Shown here: positions 34,060 to 47,247 of the stretch, piece by piece
How positions within the stretch are numbered: the stretch's first letter is position 1
Layout of the letters: the number at the start of each line of letters is the position of its first letter
NCBI GenBank assembly: GCA_002633005.1
Contig: NMRA01001066.1
Span: 1 to 56,642, forward strand
Length of the DNA stretch: 56,642 nt
Reading direction: 5' to 3'
From: Phoronis australis
Taxonomy: Eukaryota; Animalia; Phoronida
The notes under the pieces: model-generated
The model's input: only the letters and a program-made list of their open reading frames with translations
Databases searched by the model: none
What the model was told of the DNA's origin: nothing
Translations under genes and position numbers: made by a program

Positions 34060-37000
34060 CTGAAAACAGCCATTAAAATGCCGATGTCAAGTGAATAGCC
34101 TTATTTCAATAGTAAGGACAAAACTGTTAAAACATTGATGTTAACTCAAATATCATACCAGGGTTTTCTGTAGATGAGCCCCCCCGATGAAACGCCCATG
34201 GGTGTTTATTTGGTGTTACAACTTCTGGTATCAAGTGTCCAGATAGTGGGGTGTGTATATTCTCACAGACTGCACTTTTGCTCACGTGAGATTTAAATAC
34301 TTTTCGGAAAAATTATATGGAGCGTAAGACCAAATTTATGACTTGTCTTCAGTCGATTTTCAAGAAATAGATTCCTGGTCTACTTACCTCCTGGAGAACA
34401 TATTTGCCATGGTCTCCCACATGAAGCGACGAGGGTTGAACCTCTCCATACTACTAAGGCATGTAGACCCATCACTGCCCCCGCACACGTACAGCATCCC
34501 ATCAAGAATAGTAACAGCAGCGTTGCTACGACGACAGATCATGTTAGGCATCATGGTCCATTTGTTCGTCTAAAAAGTTACAATGCACAGATTTTTTTTC
34601 ACAAAAACTCGTGACGCCCAATAAAAAGCAAATTAATGCATTAATTTACACTTGTGTTAATGTCAATCACAAAACAGACTATAGTACATGGACTGTCAAC
34701 TCTGTTTACAGTTAGTCCATGAGATCTTTAATCCTACGCTGAAGGGCCACAAAATCCTTATTCAGTATCGACAGTTGTCGATTTGCCCCATTTTACTCTC
34801 AATACGTATGTCTGCTGACTATGGTTTGTGCATTACAGCTTTTATTTTGTATTACTTTGTGAACGACTACCAAAATTATACTCACGCCACCAAGCACTAC
34901 ATGTATACTCAAGGAAAATGTTGAATGGTTATTCATTCATCAATCAATCTGTCAAGTATTTTTTCATACTGGTAGGCAGTAACTTGCCAGAATTTCCCAG
35001 CTGGATTCGAATACAGAGTAATTGAAACTTATGCTTGAAATTTCAAAAGAAAATATTGGGAAATAAGGCAAATGTTTTGTCTTTGATCTATGGTCACAGT
35101 AAACATGTCAGACCAGATTTAATGCATAATGCAACCCTGAAAACATCAACTCACAGCAAATCTCTCATTTAGGGAGTATTCAAGAGTAGAGGGATTTTTA
35201 ATGCAGACAACTTATGGTTTATTGTTATTTTTTTCAGCATCACACACATTCATGCACACACACGCACGCACGCACACGCACACACACACACACACACACT
35301 GATATACAAACCAATTTCCACTTCTGAAACTATTGCTCTTTATTTTTGAAGTTTGAAAAATGCATCCTATTACTGACTTAGCTTCACTTCTCCAGTATGA
35401 TGTCATATTGGGACCCGGTCAAATAACGTGACAATTAGAAACAATCAATAACAATAAGGCGATTTTACATTAGCAAAAAATTGCACTGGCAACATCATTA
35501 CCTAATATGGACCTGGTCAATCTTAATCACCTAGCTTACACATTCATTTAAAGAAAACTCCGCAACAGACTAGTGACAAGAACCCAAAGGTTTTCGTACA
35601 AATTTCAACCAACTGGTAATAAAAACAATTTACGTTGTGCGGAAGAATATGGTAACTGCAGGAAGCTCTGAACGCAGCAAAGTTTAGTTTACAGGAAGTG
35701 CTTTGGTGCTATGCTTCAAAGAATAAGTATGAAGTCATTGCTAAACGTAATTGCCCTACTTCACACAAAAAGATTTCAGATCAGCCTTCCTGATATAGTG
35801 TACAGTTGATGCTCCTGTGGTGCCTGTACTTTACATTGACAGTACAAGCTGGTACCATGGAACTGACCATGTTTCGATAAAATGTTTACACAAAATGGAC
35901 AGTGCCATCAATTTGACTGTTGAAGTGCATCATAGACTTCAGAAATAAAAATAACTGTAAGCGTGCAGAAAAATTCATGTGCACGTCAAGTATCCGAAAA
36001 ACATGTTGAGAACAGCAAGAACCTAATTCTGTGTGGAGGCATGGAACACAATGCAAAACTGAGTGCATGTTTATTAGGGCACGTACGCTTAGATAGTAGT
36101 ATGAGGTACACAAACTCAAATTTAAGTATTGTTACATGAAGTTGTATTTTTCTAATCCACAAAACCCAAGTTCTGTTACGTACACAGCCTATTTTCGCGA
36201 AGAATATTTGTGCGGTCGCTTTTGTCACTCACCCGCATCATTCAAATTTGTCTCTGAACTCCTTCACTTCTGAAATGCGTCCGCTGTGCTCTCAAGTGGC
36301 AGTTTACTGTCTAGTTTGTAATGCACCTGGGAATTTTATACGGTGTCCCAATGGTTATTATCCAATGAATCTTATGAACTTTAATTTCACAGAGGACTTT
36401 AATACAATCACTCACTTCAGGATCAAACTTTTCCACACTTGATAAATGACTTGTGCCATCATACCCTCCAACAGCAAATATGCACCCATCTAAAAGAAAA
36501 TGTCAAATAACAAATTAATTTACAGGCTTAACGTAGCAATCTAGAAGTCACTGTTTGACCCAAATAAACTGCCAATGATGGCAGTTCCATTTTGTGTTCT
36601 AGAAGATTGTTTTAAACTCATGGCTAGTACATTCAACTCATGGATAGATCAAAATTCTTGCTAATTTGTAATCAACACTTTCTGGGACTGAGTTAAAACT
36701 GAAATGACCTATAATAGGATAAACTGTGTCAGGGAATACACAATGGCCCTTGTAACACGTGGTTATTACCCACAATGCAGCAACATCCTTTGTGCAGTTC
36801 TCCAACCTTGATTTCGCCCGAGTTCATAACGGTTAATCGTCGTGAGAGACCGTCCGGAGTTAGTATATGGTGCAACTCGGGACGGTCTGGGGTCTACAGA
36901 AAACCACAGTTCAACTGTGAGTCTACACCAATGTGATAAACGGGAGTAGTTCTACTTGCTGCGTCAGCTGCAGGTCTACTTATCTCTTTTATGACACACA

Positions 37001-40000
37001 ATATGTGAGTGGGCAAAGCGTTTTCAAAATAATGTGGATAAATCAGAGGAGTGTGAGACCCCTGAGGTCCCTGTCAAGTCCTCACGGCAATTTTACGTTA
37101 TGTTCTCATGTTATTTGTTGGTGCCTTACATTTGTCATTTTTTTTCAATTGCATTAAAAGGATACAAAACCTTGATTTGCCCCATTAACAGGTATCTAAA
37201 GGACTTTCCCGCCAAACTCTCTGTAACTCTCGACAACCCTCAAAAAGTAGGGAGAAGAATTGAAAACTACTTATAAGTCTACAAAACGGGTTAACATGAC
37301 ATACACTGTTAGCGAATTACTAGTCTGCAACTGTTAGCAAAATCCATCCATCAAGAGCCATAATAGCCAATTGCAATCCGTGACACAGAGAGTAACTATG
37401 AGTTTTTAGTTGAATCCTGCCTTTGATGCCACTGATGCATTTAGCAGGTGACAGAACGAGGATTGGTTGAAATCATCAAAATGGGGTTTAGTATCCTTTA
37501 ACTGTTAGTATTTGACCATCCAATGCCAGCGAAGTTGTGCCTTGGTTGCAATTCCGACAACAGAAGCTTGAACTTGAAATGTATCCGTGAATGCAATATT
37601 TTCCAACAAGATATCACAGAATCATCCCGGTCTAAAGCGAAGACAATTAGTGTAACAATGCCTTTTTTTATCCCCAGGACAAAGGCGATTTCTATCTGGG
37701 ACTGTCCAAAGTGACATGCTGTCTGGTTTAAAACAACAATTAATATGTTAAATGTTCATAAACTGCTGTGTCCTTTACCTAATGTGGCAAATTTGAGATA
37801 TCTTCTTTTTGTCAACATGGCTGCCACTGAACTCCACATTTGGGTCAAAGGGTCGTAATGTTCCACACTGCTAAGGCATGAGGCGCCATCGTAACCTCCT
37901 CCAGCGTACACCATATCATTCCACACCGTGACACCTGGAATTGATCAACATACACAATACAATACAATACAATACGATTTTGTTTAAACAGACCATCACA
38001 TTGGCTACCTCATCTAATTGGGACAGTCAAAATTCTTGAGAACACCACAAGTCATCGTTTAATGGACGAAATGCGATTTCATGTCCATACACATTAAGGT
38101 GACAGGTGGTGAAGATAACGTTAGAAACTCGGACTAGTTTTAGAGAATCACATTATGTTGTTAAAGATTTGTACAATTCCCACTGCTGTCAAGGGGTCTG
38201 TCCGACTGTCTTTTAAGAAATCTGACCTAATATCCCATTCTATGTAGTACAACAATACCACTGTGACATTAGAGATGGCTCCAATGCAATAAAACATTTG
38301 GCAAAAATAAATTGACATACTGCAGACTATAACTGCTGACTTTCCAAAATGTCTGGCTTTTGAACCTGAAATCCTCGTAGAAATACTTTAAAAGTTAAGA
38401 GAAAACTATATGCATTAGGTTTCCATTGATGAATGGCTGTATTAACTCTTTGAACAGTGGTAGATAAATGGTGTGCAAGTTGTGATGCCGGGTGATAGAG
38501 CATAGGAGTCTGGACCAGACTTAATTTAGAAACCATTGCTGTCTGGAGTTGAAACCAAATGGGAGGTTCTCGTAACAAAAGTTGCCAAACAAATGAAGAA
38601 AATTGTTTTCATTTTTTCGTTCTTTAAGAGAACTAGCCAACTCTGAGTGAAAATATCATCGTCCAGTTTAAAGTCATTGAAATAACAAAGATTGCATTGC
38701 GTACACTTTGTGCTATGAAATGAATGAAACCATTGAAATTCGAGAAGCTGCAACTATAATGAAAAAAACATGGAGGAGCAAGATAATTGGATTTTTTTCC
38801 AAAAGGCATCTAAAAAATTGTTTGCAACAACAGAAAACGTTAGGACATTGCAATTACACACTGATGACAAGTTAGCATTCTGAAGTTTGACCAGCAGTTG
38901 CTTATTCATGATCTAACGAAAGTGGTGTCATTAAATTTTATCCCTTTCTCTTGAGGAACATGTGCCAAAATCAACTGTTTGTCCACACACAGTCTCTCTG
39001 TTTAGTGTGCTATAGCTACACTTTGAATTTTTCCAGAAAACAAGGTAATATGAAAACGAGCGGGAAGCTAGGTGTGCAGGTAAAGAACAAACTTGTTCCT
39101 ATGCAAACAGAAAATCACAGGGTCTTAATTATCTAAGCTGCACGGGCCTACAATCATTTTAAGGTGCAGAAAATGTGACTAATGGTATACTGGTCTATGA
39201 CAGGCTGGAAGCAGTCTTCTGCTATTCACAGAAAAACTTGAAAAGTTTATTATACAAGTTTAAGGCAACAAATAAATCTGCAACGGTACACAATCCATGC
39301 TAAAATAATTCTTAAACTTCTGTCTCACAAGTGATTCATAATAGTTAGATAACGATGGAATGACATGCCACTGCAAGTCTTAGTCCAAGTCTACTGACCC
39401 CCCATGACCCGTTGACCATACCGACCTAAACAGCTGCGCTTGGTTCCCATAGGGGCAATCCTTGTCCACTTGTTTTCCTGTGGATTGTAACACTCCGCTG
39501 ATGAAAGATCTGTGGCGCCATCATACCTAAATTATCGACAATCCATTAAACAATTACCACCTCATTAGGATTAACTCTTATTGTTTCTCTTTTACATGCT
39601 AATCCAAATATTTTCATGGTGATCAGGTGACAACAAAATGCCGCCACTGGTGTCTCGTGGACATTCCAGGCTTGGCTATTCAAAACCAATATGGGGTAAT
39701 AAAATAAATATTTTAGTTCTCAACCGGGTTAAGCTATGCTCACCTAAACAGGCCAACTGGAGAAGTTGTATGACTAAAAGAAGCGTTTGCGGATTGTGAG
39801 TGAACAGCACCCATGATTCATACGGGTTTGCAAAATTGTAATCCACAATGCGGACTAGTTAGCCTCTCCAAACCCAAAACGAAGAGCAAAGAGTGGCCAG
39901 CTGCCAAACTAACTGCATCATTCACTACCTCACACCATCTCCGAGCTGTTCTATAAATGTCGAAAACAAAATGGTTGTGCACATTTTAATTACGATAGTC

Positions 40001-43000
40001 ATTCAAAACATTTTAATTACCTCACAAGAATCTCATTCGAACTATTTTCGAAGTGCTTCCAACTGGAAGGAAGATCTCATCTCCTTGCAGAGAGAATTCA
40101 TATTTATGACACGTACCCTCCAACAGCATAAAGCTTTCTACCAATCGTACAAACGCCAGTGCGAGACCGTCTTGTTGTCATGGCAGCGATTTGCATCCAA
40201 CTGTCAGTGGACGGATCGTAGCATTCACAGTCACTGTGTATAGAAAACAAGCTTCCTCCACCTAGAAGGGTATTGAAGGAGATAGCACAGTCAGTCATCT
40301 TTACCCATTAGCAATCACTTGAGCGATATTTAGCAATTAATTTCTCAATATTTTTGAAAAATTAATTGCAATTCAAGAACTTCCAAAAATCCGGAAAGTT
40401 TAAAAAATACAAAATATACAGTGAATTCTTCAGAATTCATTCAATTTCATTAAAACACAACTATTATTGTAGCAGATCTTTTTCCTCACCTGCTCATTAT
40501 GACTGAAAACTTTAAACAACATGAGGAGACAGTCACGTTTTTAATAAAATCTGTTTGAGCGAGGGTCTGCTCCCCAACGACTAAATCATTTAATGCTCAA
40601 TTTAAATTTCCATGGCATCAGCTATGATGACATATACCTAAACATTCACTTTAAATGCAAAGAATTTTCAGGCAACTATTATCGAAGAAAAGATCAAAAT
40701 GCGTCTCTACATAAGGCACATTATCCCTCACTTTTGTGGTTTTTCTAGACATTAAAAGTTTCCATGGTTATTAAATGTACTATGATGAAATCGATGTTTT
40801 TTTGAAAAAAATATTTTTTCTAAAAACCATCGAGTTCCTCGTGATATATTTTAATAACGCTAGAATATTTTGATAACCTATATTTCCTTACCGACGCAAA
40901 ACAAGGCAGGCTTTAAAGACTTGGGTGTTCTCTGGCACGCCCTGTGTGATACTACTTGGTTGCGCTGTTCTGGGAGGAGCTGAAACGCCATGGCCTCGAT
41001 CAACAGATCTTTGCACTGAGAGTTGTCACACACCAGAGGCTCGGTGATGACGTTTTTCATGAGAAACTTACGGCTTAAAAGAGGCAGTCGTACATGAGAC
41101 AGCAGCTGCAAGACACAAACATGTCCAAATTAAGGAGGATTTATATAACATTGAAGTTTCTGTCAAAAAGTTAGACAAAAGGAGCAGAATTCTACCAGGC
41201 ATGATAGGGGAGCACAATTCAATATTAGAGAATAATGCCATGTAGTCTAATGGTTAGCAAGCCCCACGCTATAGGAGACAGCCTTAAAATATATTTAATT
41301 TGTGAGTGTTTTGACCTAGAAATTTTGTTTTTAAGTCTTCCACCTCATTCACAGGACAGCATATTTTTCAAAATGTAATAGTTCCCGCACTTAAAGCAGC
41401 TGCACTCCTTCACGTAATTTGCCTATAGCTTTGGCAAAAAATGGTTGAATATTAAAAATTAATAAGATCACGCACGGTGAAAAAAAACATTGTCTGAGGC
41501 AGTATAGCCTAGTGGGTTGAGTGCTTGCCCGATCCTATTCTCATGGTCGTGAGTCCACATCTCACTAACATTTGAGGTGAGAAATACGTGCTTTTAAAAT
41601 TGACCAAATTAAAGCACGTAACTGAGCTGAGAAATATATGGAATGAAAAGAATTGAAACACACTTGAACAGTAGTTGGATGGCAGTGGAAATAACAACTA
41701 TTACAGCAGTAAGTTGAAATCCATGCAAACAGCTGAAAAGCAGTTTGCATGACTGTGGACACAGGAAACTAGATCACAAGCTGGTCACATGAAGATCGGT
41801 AGATTGGCGGATCCATTGCTCACTTTAATGGTAAGCATCTATCGGTAAACAGCTGATGTGCGCCCAGGGAACAATATCCAAGCGACCTGGATTGTTATAT
41901 CCGACAAAGACGGAACAAAGAAAAACAATAGTAGTGTCCCATAGGCGATACCCAAGCGAAGCGTTTACGCCCGTCGCATGGATGTTACAAGTTAAACAAT
42001 ACCTTGCCACCTCCATTTGACGTCATTTGGCATGGGTGTATACAGTCTATCCTACACTGTTGTGATTAAGCTACAGTCCAAAACAACTCTCAGAGATGGT
42101 TGCAATCCCAAAAATGTTTTGAGAAAGCATGTTTCTGAGTCATCCACTAATAAATGGAAATGCAAGTGACGAGAAAAATGATGAAATTTGGCATACTTCC
42201 ATACATCACTTAAATGACTGATTGGATTTGAAGGAAACTGCGTGGTACTAAATAAATACAATGTTTTACATGCTGTACTAGGAAATGCCATATCATTTTT
42301 AAAATGAAACTGAATAAAAAATTGATGACTTTTTGATGATTATTTTAAACATAAGTCATGAAATTTATTATAGTGAAAAGATAAGATAAATCATAAAGAA
42401 AAATATACTTAAAAATGATACTGTTGATTAGCTAATGTAACATGGTCACGTGATCAACGAACGGAACACTGGTTCAGTGTTCAAAATTAAAACACTTTCA
42501 ATGATTGCGAAAAATACAATAATTTTATAATAAAAGTACTTAAATTCTATACACCTTATTCACACTGTCGCCATTTGAAAAGTGAGCCTCTTTTTAGGTA
42601 ATGTAGAGATAAAAATATTAACGAAGCATGCAAAAAATCACACTTTGCATTGTGATTAGTGCAGATTGCATTGTTTTTAAAACCTAAAAAGAGGCTCCCT
42701 TTTAAAATGGAGACAGTGTGAATAAGGTCTATAATTACTTGTAGTTTTGATTTGGCTAAATGTGCAAACTCACTGATAGGAGACGGAAGACACCAGGAGT
42801 CAACCAGGAGTCAATATTTGCAACTGATTCAAGTACTGCCCGCTTACCTCAGGAGCTATCTGCTTCCTGTTGTCAATGTCATATTTCAGCCATTTCATTG
42901 CACCGTTGTAAACCTGTTCCTCCGATGTAATACATAGATCCTCACTCTTCATCAGCTCAACAACCTGCAAGGACAATCGCCAACCACACGTCTATGCGAT

Positions 43001-45806
43001 AAATTGCTTTTAAATCAAGAGATGCCACAAACTTTCATATTGTGCAAAGAAGACATGAAATTTGATTGAGCTTGAAGACTGAAGCTGACATCGACCAGGG
43101 GTCTGTTCTACGAAAGTGACAGATTTGGTGTTACACTTTGACTTCGCAATTGCTGAATACAGGTTTAGCCCAAGTAATTAGGAGTGTATCACAGTATAGT
43201 TAATAATTTATAGAAGTTGCACTTTAGGTCAATTGAGATTTAATTGTTACAGGTCTGTAATAGTTACCAAACTTTAGCATAAAGAATTAGTACTGCAATC
43301 ATAAGGAGCACAAAAAACTGATAAACTAAAAGTCTTTACAGCAGCCTAGGACTTCTTAATTTTGCAAGAAGTACAAAAGCTGATCGACACTCCATGGTTT
43401 TTTAGTGACCCCTGGTTTAATTTAAATTATAGTAAGTAGATTTAGAAAAGGGATTTTTGTGTAGTGGCGTCATAATTGGCAGGCTGCGGGTTTAAGCTCA
43501 CGTGGGCTCTTCTGGTTTTTTCTAATCAAGTTACCATTCAAGTGAGCTGAGTTGTGGTAAAGGTAAGATTTCCACAGATTAGAGGAAAATGGCAACTTAA
43601 ATGTAAATTTCAAATCCATATCATATTTTACAAAACTCGAAGCCCAATTAATAATTATATCCAAAATCCAGTTCAAAGACTTCTTATGATAGCTTGATTT
43701 GAAGCTGAAAAGAAGTACTACAGCACTGGAAATTTGTAGTTTCAGAGTTCGCCAATTAGAGATGAACTTTCGAACCAAAAGTACTCTAACCTCAGACTCT
43801 GGAAGTTGAAGAAACTCTTCAGTATCACAGACATCGACAAAGTTCTGCAGGGCATACTCCTTAGATAACTTGAGCAGTTCACCGCATGAGTGAGCATCGG
43901 CGAAGCTCTTGATTCCCAGGCAGTTGGTTGGGTGAAGCTGTTTCAGCAGGAAGTTGCAGCAAGCCTCGCGGACACTGTTCAACTGTAGCAAACTAGCTGC
44001 AGGCAGAAGAACCTATAGGGAAAAGACAAACATTGAAGACTCATATAGACCACGATTTTTCTGAGCTTTCATGTAAAAGACAATTCACACGTCAACTTGT
44101 AATGGGATGAAATGAACATCCCACCAACTGCCCGCTCTTATTGTCACCTCAGTACACCAAAATTAGACAAGTTGCTGATATTAGACCACTGTGCCAAAAA
44201 CTGTATGACAGCAGTTGGCTTGCCTCAAATTTCAACAGCTGTTACGTAGGTCTAACTGGTACAAACGTTTTAGGTTGCAAAAAACATTTCTTGTCCAATT
44301 TTCAAAATCAGAAATTTAAAAATCTATTGTCTGCCCTAATGTGTTTATGATAGGTTTAATTATCTTGAGAATAACATCAGCAGCCTGAGGTGATTGCAAA
44401 GTCTTTCATCAATGCCGGCCGATTCGGAGGTTTATGCAAACCTGTCAAGTTGCGCAATCTTGATCGGTGCGGGTGTCAACATAGAAATCCTTTCACTACG
44501 TGGAGTAACTTGATGAATGCATACTATTCTTTGGCAGACACAAGGTATCTACCAGGCAACTCAAAAAGGGAAATACGTAGCTTTTCCAAAGCTGCCAATA
44601 GACATGCATCAACTAAATCAAAGTATTCTCTGTTTACAATGCCAGTTGGCCAGTATTTAAAAGCTAAGGTTTATAAGGCTTTCCAGTGAGCAGTTGTGTT
44701 GGTATGAGGTTTGCCCATCACTTACGGGACTTCTGAAAGCATAATTATTAAGGTCGTTTCACCCCAAGCTCATAACTTTAAATTGGAGGGCAACAAGCAC
44801 AGAGGGGGGTGAGGTCATATTTTTGTGCCAAGCTAGCTCCCACAGACTGTACCCCCTTTCTGCTCATTATCACCTAGCTCCCAGAACCTTGTAACAATTC
44901 CAGAGCACCTAACCAACACCTCTACTCTAAGTTTCATAACTGTTCTACACGCCACGGTCAAATTCACAGTCACACTTCACAACAAGACAAGCTAATAGCC
45001 AGTTTTGTGAAGTAGCCTCTTGACAACAAATTGAAATAAACAATATACTTTTTTACGTTTAAAGCTTAATGACAGTGAATACTGAATTGAAAACGAATAC
45101 CTGGACATTAGTTTCACTGATTGTGATCTCAGCTCTGTATGCAAAATCCACCAAAAGCTCAAGGGCGTATCCATCTATATTGGGAAAGATCACCTCGCTG
45201 GAGTATCTCTCTAACATTTCATCTGAAATACAAGATCATAATTGCCATATGATTTAAACATGCAGAAGTCGGCAAAACTAGTACTTGATGCTTAAACCAA
45301 CTGTTGAGCAAGAGAAACACAGAATGTTAAAATATGCTCATGGCCGCAACACAAAGAGTGCTTCCAGGGGTGTTTATTAGAATCATAAAAGTGGCCACTG
45401 GACGGCGGAGAATATGTCGAGGCTGTTAGAAAAAGGGAAGGCTTTGTCATCTCCCAAACAGAAATTAATCTATAAGCTTCTAAAATTTCATGAAAATAAG
45501 TCAGGGAACTCCTGAGATCACTTCAGATTTACTTTGCTAGTCTTAAGATGTAACCCTAAAGGTGAACAGTCAAAAGCAGGGCATCAGTTCTCAGAGATTG
45601 TACATACTTGTAAACATGGCATGGAAATATGGACTGCATGACGATAGTACTGCCTTGTGGGCTGGCACTCGCTTTTCTCCGACTATGAGGTCAATGTCAC
45701 ACAGCTCTCCCGAGGTTCTCATCAGCTGAAATCTGCTGAAGGCTTGAGCCATGTGTTTAGAAGCATGGTGCACTATATAGTCACACTTTTTGTTCTCCTC
45801 AGCCAT
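33843..45806 (-). CDS. KLHL17: Kelch-like protein 17 (actinfilin) orthologue, BTB-BACK-Kelch, 11 coding exons, 1749 nt / 582 aa
   Basis: Exons join with GT-AG and consistent phase. Diagnostic KLHL17 strings: [72 protein letters not shown]. Confidence 0.93.
34388..34569 (-). CDS. KLHL17: KLHL17 coding exon 10 (Kelch)
   Basis: [50 protein letters not shown]; gtaagt donor. Confidence 0.92.
35255..35299. repeat. (CA)n/(CACG)n microsatellite
   Basis: Read directly from the sequence. Confidence 0.95.
36416..36489 (-). CDS. KLHL17: KLHL17 coding exon 9 (Kelch)
   Basis: [25 protein letters not shown]; ttttag acceptor, gtgagt donor. Confidence 0.92.
36848..37083. repeat. Intronic inverted copy of the repeat at 2221-2456
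   Basis: Reverse-complement match. Confidence 0.85.
37779..37934 (-). CDS. KLHL17: KLHL17 coding exon 8 (Kelch)
   Basis: [52 protein letters not shown]. Confidence 0.92.
39426..39526 (-). CDS. KLHL17: KLHL17 coding exon 7 (Kelch)
   Basis: [33 protein letters not shown]. Confidence 0.92.
40117..40261 (-). CDS. KLHL17: KLHL17 coding exon 6 (Kelch)
   Basis: [29 protein letters not shown]. Confidence 0.93.
40892..41105 (-). CDS. KLHL17: KLHL17 coding exon 5
   Basis: [30 protein letters not shown]; ttgcag acceptor, gtaagg donor. Confidence 0.92.
42550..42731. mobile_element. Intronic MITE
   Basis: TIRs of about 48 bp: accttattcacactgtcgccatttgaaaag..gagcctcttttt / aaaaagaggctc..cttttaaaatggagacagtgtgaataaggt. 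Confidence 0.8.
42848..42964 (-). CDS. KLHL17: KLHL17 coding exon 4 (BACK)
   Basis: [39 protein letters not shown]; ttgcag acceptor, gtaagc donor. Confidence 0.92.
43791..44012 (-). CDS. KLHL17: KLHL17 coding exon 3 (BTB/BACK)
   Basis: [44 protein letters not shown]; 222 nt. Confidence 0.92.
45101..45222 (-). CDS. KLHL17: KLHL17 coding exon 2 (BTB)
   Basis: (N)[40 protein letters not shown]; tttcag acceptor, gtattc donor; absent from the ORF track. Confidence 0.92.
45608..45806 (-). CDS. KLHL17: KLHL17 coding exon 1 (BTB start)
   Basis: [40 protein letters not shown]; donor A|gtatgt; upstream acceptor tttcag at 45838-45843. Confidence 0.9.
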
Positions 45807-47137
45807 TGTGAAGTCAAACTACACCCAAGGCATTACCCTGAAATATCAAGTGACTTGGCCTTAGTTGTTAGTGGTAAGCCCCATTCCCTACCATAAAATA
45901 TTGTACAGTTCAGGTGAAATCTCTTAAATTTTGGGACACCAAATTTGAAACCAAAATTCAATTTTCTTGACTCTGGAAACAGGAAAACGGGCATTTTTGG
46001 CATACACGGTATTTCTCAACTATGTGACACTGTGTTTTGTATCAACAATATGAAAATTTAAAGACTTGGCAGCCAATACAATTGTACAAATTAGTTGCGG
46101 ATGTAGCATTTTCATGGGTCGCTATATTATGCAGCATTTAAGTGAATGATTTTTTAAAAATGCCGTTCGTTGATTGACATTTTGAATGTTCTTGTGCTAC
46201 GCCTATTTCAAATATTCAATTAAAAGCTCCAATCTTGTGTAAAGTAATTATTTTAATTTTCACTGTCCCAAAAGTCCAAACTTTTTAATGTAAACAGTTT
46301 AGCCAACCTGATCCCCATGGTAGTTTGATAGATTGTTTTAGAAGTTGTAAGAACAACTTGCAGCTATTTTATGAAGTGACGTAACTTGTTGTTTGCGAAG
46401 CTGTAACTTCTCCAAGAACATTTATTTAACAGGTATCACAAAGATAACAGAGCAGGGAAGCTATCAACATGGAGGCAATATCATCTTGGTCTCTGAATTC
46501 ACTTAAATATCTTCAAAACTATAGATTTTAATTCGGTAAAAGTACATATACATATACAAGATTCGTCGAAAACACAACTAAAAACTTAATGAAAGTTGTG
46601 TTAAGGAAGGGTTGCTACAAAACTGTACTGATACATATAGGTAAAAAAGCCTGTAGAACTTTGCCAATCTTCCTTTAACTGGGTCACATGGACATGTCTG
46701 TCAAGTAAAATTTAGCAAAAACAGGTACAATATTTGATAGCAAAACCTAGGTATTTAAGAACAAGATCAAAGTTAATTTGACATAAAATGTTCAAGGTAG
46801 ATCTCAAAACAATATGAACGTTTTCTAAAACATCATTTCGAATTATGAAATGTAAAGTTAATTTTTCTCATGAAAATCATAAAATCACTATTTTTGTAAT
46901 AGCCCCTTATGCAAAAGTAGAACATTTTAAAAACAAATTTTAATATCTGTTTGGAGAATAGAACATCAATCCCTTCAGACATTTCCGAAACATGATATTC
47001 CAATTTTAACCAAATTTGGACAGTTTTGTAGGGTGCTAACCTTAAGCACAACAGAACAATGCCATTCAAAAGTAACTTTTTTGATAATTTGGGGTCAGGT
47101 CAAATAGGGGTGCAGACATGTATAACCCAATAGTCCA

Positions 47138-47247
47138 TAGGGTGATGATAGGGAAAGCTGCCCACAAATGTAAGTAACTAAGGCTGCTTAGGGTGATGAT
47201 AGGGAAAGCTGCCCACAAATCTAAGTACAGTGTAACTAAGGCTGCTT
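47138..47247. repeat. Short tandem duplication (unit about 51 bp)
   Basis: tagggtgatgatagggaaagctgcccacaaat..gtaactaaggctgctt occurs twice. Confidence 0.85.

Noticed and set aside
43470-43790. C-terminal part of the 173-aa ORF
   Set aside because: Read-through into the intron after the donor at 43790; similarity resumes at exon 42964.
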